DNA from: a virus
DNA: 64,000 bases
Virus record (IMG/VR): IMGVR_UViG_3300046168_000085
Location: 16,389 to 80,388 of that record
Reading direction: 5' to 3' (one strand)
The notes beneath the pieces are model-generated. The model saw only the letters and a list, made by a program, of their open reading frames with translations, was not told the origin of the DNA and did no database searches. This document shows, piece after piece, positions 30,094 through 41,075 of the stretch; within the stretch, counting starts at the first letter, position 1; every line of letters begins with the position of its first letter. A program made the position numbers and the translations under genes.

Positions 30094-30315
30094 CTATTCT
30101 GTTTTATTTTCTAATTCTTTTAGATTTTCGGTCAACCAATGTGTGTGCCAATTATTTTTATGATGACAAACCCAAGACCATCTTGCTTTGTCTTTGCCTA
30201 TGTCTTCTCCTACCTTTTCGGACTCAATCCACTTGTGTTTGTTTATTTCGTTAGTTTCGTCAACAACATGACGATAATATAAACTTTTGTCGTATAGCTC
30301 TTGGTCGTAGTCCAC
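30094..30315 (-). CDS. DUF4032-like small protein
   Basis: SLY...EINKHKWIESEKVGEDIG...A...W motif. Confidence 0.65.
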   Translation of the reverse strand: MDYDQELYDKSLYYRHVVDETNEINKHKWIESEKVGEDIGKDKARWSWVCHHKNNWHTHWLTENLKELENKTE

Positions 30316-30339
30316 TAACTATATATATGTACATATCAA

Positions 30340-31347
30340 TTAAAAATCGTCAACTAATGCAGATTCATCTTGATAATCAATAACTCTTGTTTCAAAAAAG
30401 TTCTTTTGTTTGCGAATATCAATAACTTCACTTAACCAAGGAAATGGATTGTTATCACTATCATAGCGATATTTCATATTTAGATTTTCCAATCTACGAT
30501 TAGCAATAAACTGCATATACTCAACGAACATTTCAGAATTTAATCCAAGAATACCTCTTGGTAATACATCTTGTGCATACGAAATTTCCAATTCAACTGC
30601 TTGTTTTAGAACTTCTGTCAACTCAGTTTCAAATTTGTCGGTCATTAAATCAGGATTTTGTTCTCGGATTTTATTCAACAAAGTTGTTCCAAATTTGATG
30701 TGAATACTTTCATCACGAAGTGTATATTGAATTTGCTCTGCGATACCTGGTATTTTATCACTTAGTGCGAGTAACATTGCAAATCCACTGAAAAAGAATG
30801 TTCCTTCGCATACAACCCAATATGTAAATGCGGCCTTGTACAACTCTCGTTTTCCTTCAATAGTAGATGTATCGATATTTGCTTCATTCAATCCACCTGT
30901 TACTTGTATAAGAAAATCATCTTTTGCTTTGATAGATGGAACCGTTTTATATGCTTCGTATACCTCACCTATATCCAAGTCTAAACTATCACAGATATAA
31001 ACTACAGTGTGATTGTGCAAGCACTCTTCATACATCTGTCTTGCCATATATTGTCTACATTCAGGATCAGTAATGTACTTGGATAATGTCATAAGATTGT
31101 TTGCAACCAAACTTTCACTTCCTGCAAAGAAACCAAGACATCTCTTAATAACCAAACGTTCATCTTCACTCAATGCATCATCAGGTGATGATTTCCAATT
31201 TTGAACATCTTTTGTCATCGGTACATCTGTTGGTACCCAGTTGTTTTTGACACCTTGTTCATACAGATCCCACGCCCATTTATGTTTATGAGGGAGAATT
31301 TGATTTACCCCCTCTGTTTCTTTTCCTAGTAGTTCTCCAGTTTTCAT
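30340..31347 (-). CDS. nrdB: Ribonucleotide reductase small subunit, class Ic-like
   Basis: LGFFAGSESLVANN, EECLH, EGTFFFSGF, RDESIH, NPFPWLSE, KNFFETRV. Confidence 0.93.
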   Translation of the reverse strand: MKTGELLGKETEGVNQILPHKHKWAWDLYEQGVKNNWVPTDVPMTKDVQNWKSSPDDALSEDERLVIKRCLGFFAGSESLVANNLMTLSKYITDPECRQYMARQMYEECLHNHTVVYICDSLDLDIGEVYEAYKTVPSIKAKDDFLIQVTGGLNEANIDTSTIEGKRELYKAAFTYWVVCEGTFFFSGFAMLLALSDKIPGIAEQIQYTLRDESIHIKFGTTLLNKIREQNPDLMTDKFETELTEVLKQAVELEISYAQDVLPRGILGLNSEMFVEYMQFIANRRLENLNMKYRYDSDNNPFPWLSEVIDIRKQKNFFETRVIDYQDESALVDDF

Positions 31348-31382
31348 AATAATATATATAACGATTCAGTAGTTAAAAAAGT

Positions 31383-31730
31383 TTATAATGATTTCAAATT
31401 TTGTTGTTTTAAACGATACACAAGTAACCCAAGAATAGCAAGACCAACAAACGGTAGCACATAATACCAATTAACAAAAGATTCATTAGATGCGTTCGTT
31501 TGTATTTCAGTTCGTGTTATTGGTTTAGTTTTAGTATTCTGTTTACTTGGTTGTGTTTGTTGAACTATAACAGGGTCATCAAGAACATCCGTGTTTGTAT
31601 CTACCGGTGTTGTAACTTCCGTTGGTTGTTTGGGTACTCCGAGTGTTCCACCGGACGAGTTTAATAACTTGTTTTTAATACCACACGATGTAAGTGTAGT
31701 GATGCATAGTAATATCAATAAATGTTTCAT
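31383..31730 (-). CDS. Lipoprotein with C-terminal TM helix (u-spanin-like architecture)
   Basis: Lipobox LTSC at residue 16; T/P/Q-rich linker; TM YVLPFVGLAILGLLVY followed by a basic tail. Confidence 0.55.
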   Translation of the reverse strand: MKHLLILLCITTLTSCGIKNKLLNSSGGTLGVPKQPTEVTTPVDTNTDVLDDPVIVQQTQPSKQNTKTKPITRTEIQTNASNESFVNWYYVLPFVGLAILGLLVYRLKQQNLKSL

Positions 31731-31795
31731 ATATAATTCTCCTTTATTTAGAAGAACAATATACCATATTTTATTGTGTACGTAAAGTAATTAAA

Positions 31796-31894
31796 TTATT
31801 TCTTGTCGTGACAAAGACAATCACATTTGTTGTCTTTGCAACACTTAACAAAAAAGCATTTAATTTTACAAATAATTTTTTTGATCAATTCCAT
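31796..31894 (-). CDS. 32-aa Cys-rich peptide MELIKKIICKIKCFFVKCCKDNKCDCLCHDKK
   Basis: Hand-translated; fills the intergenic gap; ATATTTAT motif just upstream. Confidence 0.5.
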   Translation of the reverse strand: MELIKKIICKIKCFFVKCCKDNKCDCLCHDKK

Positions 31895-31914
31895 TGTTAT
31901 TATAAATATTAAAT

Positions 31915-32388
31915 TTAATTATTATATTCACGACATTCGCAGTCTTTTATTTTACAATTAGGATTGATCATTCCTGCTCGTTTGAATGTAAGTTTTACAA
32001 ATTCCTCAAAAAAGAAAACATAAGCAGCTGCATCATAGTTGTCCATTGCTATTGTAATTTCTTTTTCGTATGTTCTCATCCACTTGGTATATTCATCAAA
32101 CTTATCAGCATCAAAATGAGGTCCTTTCAAATCGTATTGATGAATCAATAATGCCAAATTTAATTTTGACTTTTTCAATGTTGCAAATCTTGCGATGTCT
32201 TTAGAAAACTTTGCTCGTTCTCGTTTTTCCTTTTCGTATGCTTCGTAAGATGCTTGTAATTTCGGATCAACGATGTCTATCCAAGTTTTACTTTCTTTCT
32301 TTATAAACCCATCACCCTTGGCACAATAAAGCACCAAGGGTGATAAAAATAAAAATGTAACCTTTAAAATAAGACTAACGAGTCTCAA
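31915..32388 (-). CDS. Secreted hypothetical protein sharing a domain with 998..1459
   Basis: Signal-like N-terminus; WMRTYEKEITIAMDNYDAAAYVFFFEEF; Cys-rich tail. Confidence 0.6.
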   Translation of the reverse strand: MRLVSLILKVTFLFLSPLVLYCAKGDGFIKKESKTWIDIVDPKLQASYEAYEKEKRERAKFSKDIARFATLKKSKLNLALLIHQYDLKGPHFDADKFDEYTKWMRTYEKEITIAMDNYDAAAYVFFFEEFVKLTFKRAGMINPNCKIKDCECREYNN

Positions 32389-33386
32389 TACTTCAACTCA
32401 AATTTAGGAGTGAAATCTTCAAGAGGTAGTTGTCTTAATACTCTCTCGGGATTCCGTGATCGTTCGTTTGGAAGAATTTTAATGCGAAATGGGAAATGCT
32501 TTTGAATTGATTTTTCATCGTCATCGTCATCGTCTGCACTACGAATTACTCCAGAATCTTCAATTTGCATTCCGAGAATGTCATCCATACTTGGCATATC
32601 TTCTTTTGGGTCAATTGCCCACATAATATCATTCTTTTTTGCCCACTCTTTCATTCTACGAACAGGGTACCATTAAATTGAATCCTTCTCCTGCTCCACG
32701 AACAATCATTCCGACATACTTTCCATTTTGCAAATAAACTCCTCCTCCTGAACTTCCTGGAAATGCAGTAACCGTTGTTTGATCGTATTCGTATTTATCA
32801 AGTGTTCTTCCTACTTGAGAAATGATACCAGTTGTCATTGAGTTTGCACCCATTTGACCAAGCAACGAACCAACGTGAAATAAACTCGTTCCGATTGGCA
32901 CAATGCCATCATTAGCATCACTTAAATTAAATTCAACTCCTTCTTTTGCATAATCAGTAGCACGAACCATAAGAAGTGCCAAATCGTGACCATCTTTGTA
33001 ATCTGAGTATTTGATTACTTTGGCATCCATTTTCATTTCACCGACACGTCTGCCTTTTCTACAAGTTCTTTAACAATAGACGCATCATCAAATTCTACAA
33101 GTTTAACTGGACTTCCTCCTTCAATAACACTTCGTACTTTACGAAGATTATCAACAACGTGTGCGGCCGTCCAAACGAAAGTAACTTTTTTTCCGTCTAC
33201 TTCACGGATGATCATTGCTCCAGAACCTTCTGAACTACTATACTTTGCTTTTGCTTTTATAGTAACCGATACATCTTGTAAATGGTCTGCAACTTCTCGT
33301 ACTTGTTTAGCACTCGGAGCTCCTGTTGAAATGTTTACTGAAAATGCCGTAATGGCCACTACTACTAAAAGTTTGATTGCGTTCAT
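32385..33386 (-). CDS. Secreted trypsin-like (S1) serine protease, split by two indels
   Basis: Signal peptide; catalytic triad motifs TAAHV, DLALL, PGSSGGG; SD CAGGAGG and a TTGACC-N17-TAATAT promoter. Confidence 0.85.
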
Positions 33387-33468
33387 GAATGCTACCCTCC
33401 TGGGTTTGAGATTGATAATATATCTATATATATTAACCCAAACGCACTTTTAGGTCAATCTTTAATAT

Positions 33469-35954
33469 CTATTGACAACTCTCACACACTTCACCACGCA
33501 TTTTTGCTTCTAAACTGCACAATGAGGGTTCTTCAGATTCTTGTGGATTTTCTGTATCTGTATTATCTGCATTGTGTTCTTCTACATTTGATCCAGTTGA
33601 CTTTTCAATTGCACTTGCCGCCAAATTCCGCAAATAGTAAGTTGTTTTCAATCCACTTTTCCATGCGTGTGTATAAATGTCGTTCAAAAACTTCATACTA
33701 CTTTTGTCGTTGTAAAGATTCAAACTTTGACCTTGATCAATCCACTTTTGACGAGCAGCCTGCACAATCAATAAGTTTGAATTGATCTTGTTGAAATGCA
33801 GTAACATATTTTTCTTTTATCCATTGAGGAATTGAACCATTTAGTTTGCTAAGATCACCATCAACGGTTTTAACCAAGTTGGCAAGTTCTTTTGTCCAAA
33901 TTCCTTCTGCTTTCATATCATTAACAAAGTATTCGTTCATCATTGTAAACTCACCACTTAAAGTAGAATACACAAAAATAACTCCAAAGTTTGGTTCAAT
34001 GCTTTGTGAACATCCTGCGATGTAACTGATTGTTGCAGTTGGAGCAATTGCCATTGTATTGGAATTACGCATTCCTTGTTTGGCAACTTTCTTTTTGAGT
34101 TTGTCCCAATTTTTTCTAAGATTCACTTCGTCAGAATTTCCACGAAGTTTCATAACCTCTTTCCAAGTATCAATCGGAAATGTTCCTTTGCTCCAAAGAC
34201 TTCCTGTGTATGATTCGTAAGTTTCTTTTTCTACTGCCATATCAGACGAAGATTCAATTGCGAAATAAGAAATGTTTTCATAAATTTCATCACTAATACG
34301 AATTGCATCATCACTTCCGTAGTTGACACTAAACTCATAAAACATATCGTGCCAACCCATTGTTCCTAATCCAACAGGACGATGAGTCATATTACTTTTA
34401 CGTGCTTCTTCTGTTGGATAATAATTTAGATCAATAACATTGTCTAACATACGCATTGCCATTTTGGTGCTTTTTTCTAATTTATCATAATCAATAAATT
34501 TTTCACCATTTTTATCTACACCTACGTGTCGTTTCAAATTGATGCTTGCTAAATTGCAAGTTGCAGTTTCTCCGTATTCTTTAACGGTGCGTGTGCCATC
34601 ATCTGCGTGAATAGTGGGTTTGGTATGAAGAAGAATCTCTGTACACAAATTACTGCTATGCACCGTTCCTACGTGCTGATTACTATACCGAATATTACTT
34701 GGGTCTTTGAAGGTTACCCACGGATGACCAGTTTCAAAAATACTTTTCAACATTTTCTTCCAAAGGTCTTTTGCTTTGAGTTCACGAAAAACATTCAATT
34801 CTCCGTCTTGACCTTTTTTAACATATTCCCAATATTTTGTTTCAAATGCTTCACCGAAGATTTCGTGTAACTCAGGAACTTCATTTGGACTAAACAAATA
34901 CCAAGGACCATCTGCTTCTACTTGTTTCATAAACAAATCAGGAATCCAATTTGCAGTATTCATATCGTGACAACGCATTCTGTCATCACCTACGGTTTTT
35001 CGTAATGCCAAAAAGTCTTCAATGTCAGAATGCCATGTTTCAAGATATGCACATCCTGCACCTTTTCTTTTTCCACCTTGATTTACTGCAACGAGCATAT
35101 CATTGTAAAGTTTCCAAAAGTATACAGGTCCTTGATTGATTCCGTTTGTTCCTTTGATATAACTACCTCTTGCACGAAAGTTTGAGATGTCAAAACCAAG
35201 ACCACCTGCGAATTTGCTTTTTCTTGCTTCTTGCCAAATGCCATCAAAAATTCCATCAATAGAATCATCAAAGTATTTAAATAGCAACTGCTGAGTTGAC
35301 TATGAGTTGTTCCACTATTAAACAAAGTTGGTGTGGAACTAACTACATCAAAGCAACTAAGAGTTTCGTAAAACTTTAATGCGTATGCTTGTCGGTCTTC
35401 TGGTTTTTCATTTAATGCCAATCCCATTGCAATACGCATCCACATTGCTTGTGGAGTTTCCATACGACGTCCTTCTATATGCAAAAGATAACGATCATAA
35501 ATGGTTTGTATTCCAAGATACTTCCAATCTTTTTCTCTATCAATATTAAGTTTCGCACTAAGTTCACGCAAATCAAAACTTTCAAGTAACTCTTCGTTGA
35601 GAATTTCTTCACGGACTAATCTACGCATATTAGTAATAAAACTTTTACGATACTGAAGTTCAAACGCATCACTATCTACTCCTTCACCGAACACTTCTTT
35701 GTAAATTGTATTAAGAAGCATTCTCGCAGCCATATAAGCATAATTCGGTTCAAACTCAATTTTAGACCTAGCACTCATAATAAGTGATTTGTCTATTTCA
35801 GTTGTTGTAACTTTATCGTACAACTTTATTTTGGCATCAATTAATACTTCACTTGCACTTACGTTATCTAAATTTTTGATGCACGTTCGGCACATTCGTT
35901 GATTTTATCAACATTAAATTCTTCGAGTCTTCCGTTGCGTTTTTTTACTTTCAC
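33469..35954 (-). CDS. nrdA: Ribonucleotide reductase large subunit with N-terminal ATP cone, split by three indels
   Basis: [65 protein letters not shown]-terminal CESCQ. Confidence 0.95.
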
Positions 35955-36067
35955 TTGTAACCTTTTGTTAGAATTTTATATTAACATTATAATTTAATTA
36001 TATAAATATCATTTACGAAATCTATCGTAAAAATACATACTATATATACAGAATTTTTTAACCAATA

Positions 36068-37474
36068 TCAGACACTATCTTCGTTATTATATGAATTTTT
36101 ATTGTTCATTTGGTCGTACTTGGATTTAAGAAGATTCTTTGCGCCATTATCAGAATCATTCATTTCCACCATTATTTCCGCACCCTTTGTACTTTTTTCA
36201 TCATATATTTCAATAACACCCGAAGACGTGTCAACTCTACTTGGAAATGTCAAACCATCGGGTCCAAACCGATTTTTAATGACATGAAATCTACCTGTGT
36301 TACTGACTTTGTCAGTTGCTTTTCTTGATAAACTTATCACGAAAGTCTGCCGTCATTATTTTCCGATAACTATCCGCAACTTTTTGTGCTTCAATAATAT
36401 TATCTTCTAACGATGAACGACTTGCTTGTGATGCAGTCCACACAGGTACTCCGAGTTCGCCCGCAAGGCCTCGGAGATCCTCATAAATTCCTCCTTGCTC
36501 AACATAACTGTTGGCATTGTTTCCGTGATTACCAGGAGATAAAATATCTGCATAGTCAATCACAACCATATCAACCGGATATCCCATTGTATTTGCTAAA
36601 TTTGCGTGTGCAAGAATTGTACTTACTCCTACACTTTTCGTTGGATATTCTTTAATAAGAAGTTTTCCTTTAATGTTTGCTACAACATTTTTTACAGTTT
36701 CTTCGTGTTCAATAATATCTTGAAACGGAATACCTGTAAAACAACTATCATAACGAAGTCCTACATAACACTCGTTAAGTTCCATTGTATAATGCAAAAC
36801 ATTTTTACCAAGTTTCATTGCAGATTTACCAAGTGATGCAAGCACCAACTTTTTCCTCCACCTGCACTACTAATAATAACACCGAGTTCTCCTGGTCCCA
36901 AACCTCCGTTTGTTAAATCATCAATTACTTCCCATCCGGTGGCCACAGTATCACGTGCAGTTTCTGACATTCTAAGTTCAATGTCACGTGCATAGTCGTG
37001 ACCCATATCACGTGCAGTTCCTGCTTTTAATGCATCATCAACTATTCGTTTGATTGATTCGTATTGACCACCTTTGAGAAAGTCAACACTTTGCATAATT
37101 GCATTTTTAACTTTTGGTTCTTACAAAAGTCTAAAAATTCGTTTTTAACGAACTCTGTATCATTTAGATCAACTTGTGTAAATATATTTCTTAGTTGATC
37201 TATGATTGCCAGCTTTTAATGAATCAATTCCTACATCGTCACACTTAATTTTGAATACATCTAATGTTGCAGTCTTTTTGTATTTACTATAATGAGTTAA
37301 AATCTCATCAACAATCCATTTGTGTGCTTCACTTTCCCAATACTCTGTTTCAATGATATCGTGCGTTCTGTCCAAGAATTTTTTGTCATCGATTAAAGCA
37401 CGAATTGTTTTACTTTGAAATGCAGTCCCAAACTTTTGTAGGGTATCCACATTATTATTATTAGTCTCCGTCAT
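36068..37474 (-). CDS. Replicative DnaB / T4 gp41-like helicase, split by indels
   Basis: GGLGPGELG...AGGGKS, YTMEL, IKEYPT, IDYAD, WTASQ, KNRFGPDG. Confidence 0.9.
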
Positions 37475-37529
37475 ATTTAATAAACTTTATCAGATGACTC
37501 TGGTTGAATCAAGTCTATTTATAAAAAAA

Positions 37530-38609
37530 CTACGAATTACTTGTAATTGCATAGTTGTTCAAAATGGTCCAAGTTTCCATAAGCCAGTTATGGTGATTAG
37601 GAAACGCGGCCCATAGTTGGTCTTCTGCGAACTTTTTGCTAAATTCAAATTTATTAAGTTCGGTTACAGGAGAATCTACATGATCAAATATTTTCGTTTG
37701 CATACTTGCAGGAAGAATACTATCTTTCAATTGCATTAAATCATAGTTTCGTTTAAGTAAACTCTGATTATCTTCTTTCAAAAAGTTTTTATACAAAGGC
37801 ATTTCTTTGAGTTTATCTTCTGAAATTTTTATTAAATCGTCTCTGCTTATAAATTGTTCGGTTGCAAGTTCAGGAAAAGCAGTTTTAAGTTTCTTTTCAC
37901 CTATACCTTTGATCCCATCTATATTATCCCCACGATCACCATCAATTGTTCTGTATAACAGAAAATTATTTGGATGAATTCCGTACTCTAACGAAACTTT
38001 TTCAGGAGTATAAACTGTTCGTTTGGTTGGACTATAAACAGTTACATCGTTATCTACCAACTGAAGAAAATCTTTGTCAGTACTCATTATTGTACACTTT
38101 TTACCAAGACCACTAAAATATGATCGTGCTAATAATGCCATAACATCATCTGCTTCTACATTATCCATACATATAGTAGTAACAGGAAGCATATTCAAAT
38201 ATTGTATCAATTTAACTATCTGATACTTCATCGAACTTGATTCTTCGGTTTGATCTAAGTCTAAACTCAACGCACGATTTACACGAAACCGAACATTCTT
38301 TTTCATTTTATAGTCAGGAAAGATTTTACGTCTTCTTGCACTCCCACCCTTTCCATCAAATACAACGATACATCGTGTGGGTTTACGCAAACGAATTGCG
38401 TGACCTATGCTCTTTAGAAACCCGGTATATCCACCTATATGATCACCATTGTCGTTGGTGGTCGGATACATACTCCAAACACGCATAAACGTGTTCATAC
38501 CATCAATTAAAAGGGTATCAGAATTTATATTCCGGTCTACATCTAGTTCTTCTTTTTGTTCTTGAGAGAATTCTTGAAATAAACTAAATATCTTTTTTTT
38601 ATCACTCAT
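37530..38609 (-). CDS. 5'-3' exonuclease / flap endonuclease (T4 RNase H-like)
   Basis: LIDGMN, VFDGKGGS, YK, EADD, STDKDFLQL, GDRGDNIDGIKGIGEK. Confidence 0.92.
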   Translation of the reverse strand: MSDKKKIFSLFQEFSQEQKEELDVDRNINSDTLLIDGMNTFMRVWSMYPTTNDNGDHIGGYTGFLKSIGHAIRLRKPTRCIVVFDGKGGSARRRKIFPDYKMKKNVRFRVNRALSLDLDQTEESSSMKYQIVKLIQYLNMLPVTTICMDNVEADDVMALLARSYFSGLGKKCTIMSTDKDFLQLVDNDVTVYSPTKRTVYTPEKVSLEYGIHPNNFLLYRTIDGDRGDNIDGIKGIGEKKLKTAFPELATEQFISRDDLIKISEDKLKEMPLYKNFLKEDNQSLLKRNYDLMQLKDSILPASMQTKIFDHVDSPVTELNKFEFSKKFAEDQLWAAFPNHHNWLMETWTILNNYAITSNS

Positions 38610-39762
38610 TTGAAACAGATGCTAATTCTGCGTCTTCAATTTCTGCATTATCCGTGAACTCAACATCTTCATCTACTACACTATTTGCTGATTCATATTC
38701 CATTACAATGTTATCACAAATATGCTGATATAATTCTTTTTTTAGTTCTATGTCTTTCAACATTTCAGGAAATTCTTTTGCCATAAACTTATAATCTTTT
38801 CCTTTGGAGTCTGTAAATGAATAATAAGCACCACCTTGTTTTAAGATTTTGTGTGTTTTCAATGTTGTTATCCAACTTCCGATATCATCAATACCACGAT
38901 TAAAATAAATTTCAAATGATGCTTTTCGTTGTGGAGGACCCATTCTGTTTTTTACAATAGTTGCTTCACATTTTCCACCGATAACTTCTGTGGTTGCACC
39001 TTTTTTAATTTGACCCATACTTTTCAGACGAATACGAACACTTGCGTGAAACGCAATTGCTTTACCACCACTCGTTGTCCACGGATCACCAAACATAACT
39101 CCCATCTTTTGACGAAGTTGGTTAGTGAATACCAATGCAATTTTTTGTCTTCCAATTGTTGAAGTCAACTTACGCATTGCCTTACTAATTAAAATTGCTT
39201 TAGTAGTTGCATATCCATCTTTCGCATAATCTGCCGCCATTTCAATTTTAGTTGATGCAGCCGATACACTATCTGTTACAATCGTTACAAGTTTATCTTT
39301 GTTGCTTTTACGTACCGTTGCGATGATATTGTCAATGGTTGCAAAAATATCTTCCACCGTATCAACGTGGACATACAATAACTTTTCAGTATCAACACCA
39401 ATTGCTTTTAGATACTCAATGGATACACTTGTCTCGGTATCTATTAATACCGCAACACCTCCCTTCTTTTGAGTTTCCGCAAGAATGTGTCCAGATACTA
39501 AACTTTTTCCACTTTGTTCAAGTCCAGTTAGTTCTGTGATTCGGCCTGTGGGAATTCCACCATTGGGACGATTTGAGATTGCAAGATCAAGAAGACTACT
39601 GCCAGTTGAAATCCAATCTGATATTAGCGATGGATCATCACCTTCACTTAAAAAGAAAGCAACTTTGCCTTCATCTTTATATGCAGTATTTAAACTATCT
39701 GCAAGTACACTTGCTAAATCATCGGACTTGCTTGTTGCTTTTACTTCTTTTTTCTTTGCCAT
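38602..39762 (-). CDS. recA: RecA/UvsX-like recombinase
   Basis: STGS.LLD, GRITELTGLEQSGKS, IDTE, DSV, NQLR, SGGKAIAFHASVR, KNRMGPP. Confidence 0.93.
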   Translation of the reverse strand: MAKKKEVKATSKSDDLASVLADSLNTAYKDEGKVAFFLSEGDDPSLISDWISTGSSLLDLAISNRPNGGIPTGRITELTGLEQSGKSLVSGHILAETQKKGGVAVLIDTETSVSIEYLKAIGVDTEKLLYVHVDTVEDIFATIDNIIATVRKSNKDKLVTIVTDSVSAASTKIEMAADYAKDGYATTKAILISKAMRKLTSTIGRQKIALVFTNQLRQKMGVMFGDPWTTSGGKAIAFHASVRIRLKSMGQIKKGATTEVIGGKCEATIVKNRMGPPQRKASFEIYFNRGIDDIGSWITTLKTHKILKQGGAYYSFTDSKGKDYKFMAKEFPEMLKDIELKKELYQHICDNIVMEYESANSVVDEDVEFTDNAEIEDAELASVSNE

Positions 39763-39789
39763 ATTTAATAATTTCTATTTTGTGAACTT

Positions 39790-39818
39790 GTGTGGTGAGG
39801 GAGTTGCCCTCACCACAC
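39790..39818. other. Perfect 12-bp GC-rich hairpin between ssb and recA, with no U tract
   Basis: gtgtggtgaggg-agttg-ccctcaccacac. Confidence 0.7.
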
Positions 39819-39838
39819 TTATAGTTCTTTTTACTTCT

Positions 39839-40672
39839 TTAAGACTTAAACAACTCTTCAAAAGCAGCCTCAACATCTTCCGTAGAAGTTGCGTTTGGTT
39901 TGCTTTGCTCAGAAGTTGCACTTGCAACTTTTGGTTGCTTCACTTCTGTTTGTGTTTCTTCAACAACAACCTTTTCATCCGAACCAACCGATTCAGCAGG
40001 AGGAGCATCTTCTTCAGATTCTCCACTCACCCACTTTTCAAGTGCCTCTTTCAAATCATCATAACTGAGTTCTTGATATATCTCAGTGATTTCTGCTTGA
40101 TTGTTAGCAACTCCATCCGCAATGTTTTTGTTGTCGGATACAGGTGATGTGTTGGGTTTAACACGAATGTTTGTCTTTGGAAATGAACGACCAGCCTCTT
40201 CAGCAGAAAGAAATTCGATTGTAATGTCTCTTCCGTTGGTTGGATCGGTAATGTCTCCATAATCGGGGTCTGCGATGACACCTAGTAGTTCTTGGTAAAC
40301 TTCTTTACCAAATCCCCAAAAACGAACTCCTTCTGCTTCTTCACCACGAACGATGACAGGAACAAAAGTTCTCATCTTTGGCATTAAGGAACGTCCCATA
40401 CGATAATCATCTTTATCTCCACTGCGAGTCAACTTTTCTGCGAACTCTACGATTGGGTCAGGACGACCAAAAGACTTGGGAGATAGATAAGTCCGATTGT
40501 TGATTCCATAGTGGAAAAACAACTCGATAAACGGATTATCTGGTTGATGCATATAAGGTACGATACGAACCTGTTGTTTACCCGGTTGGGGTTTCCATTG
40601 ATAATTCTTACGATTATTTGTCTGTGACAAATTATTTAACTTTGCTTTAATTTTATCTAGGTCAATTGCCAT
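39839..40672 (-). CDS. T4 gp32-like single-stranded DNA-binding protein
   Basis: WKP..G...VRIVP, PFIELFFHY, YGDITDP..GRDI, acidic tail ending FEELFKS; located next to recA. Confidence 0.85.
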   Translation of the reverse strand: MAIDLDKIKAKLNNLSQTNNRKNYQWKPQPGKQQVRIVPYMHQPDNPFIELFFHYGINNRTYLSPKSFGRPDPIVEFAEKLTRSGDKDDYRMGRSLMPKMRTFVPVIVRGEEAEGVRFWGFGKEVYQELLGVIADPDYGDITDPTNGRDITIEFLSAEEAGRSFPKTNIRVKPNTSPVSDNKNIADGVANNQAEITEIYQELSYDDLKEALEKWVSGESEEDAPPAESVGSDEKVVVEETQTEVKQPKVASATSEQSKPNATSTEDVEAAFEELFKS

Positions 40673-40739
40673 TTTTTATTCCTTAATTTAGTATTTGTTA
40701 TTATTATTCTTAATATAATACAACTTGTTTCGTATTTCG

Positions 40740-40990
40740 TCAATCAGAATTGTGTACATCAAGAAGTTTTTCCGCCATTTTCAACGAAATTGTAAAAGTC
40801 AGAAGCAATTTCTAATACTTCTTGTGTAGTTGGAAGTGGTGGTATTTCTAAGGGAACTATCTTCAAATCTGGCACGACTTTCCAACTCTTCTTTTTCCAT
40901 ATGCCATGTTTCCCATACCATCTCTTTTGCGTTTTTTAATACCTCTAATCGAATGCCGTAGGCATTGTATTTTTTATCTTCATTACTCAT
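40740..40990 (-). CDS. Conserved-looking small phage protein (indel near 40853)
   Basis: NAYGIRLEVLKNAKEM... continues in another frame as PPLPTTQEVLEIASDFYNFVE. Confidence 0.6.
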
Positions 40991-41075
40991 TTTTTTAATT
41001 ATTATTTAGTCAATTTTAGTTACTATATATAAATATATTTTACTTGAAGTTTAAGCACATTTCAAGGTAAAAAAA

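Noticed and set aside
33469-39762. Introns, inteins or homing endonucleases in nrdA, helicase or recA
   Set aside because: Reconstructed lengths are normal and no intervening sequence or splice motifs are seen
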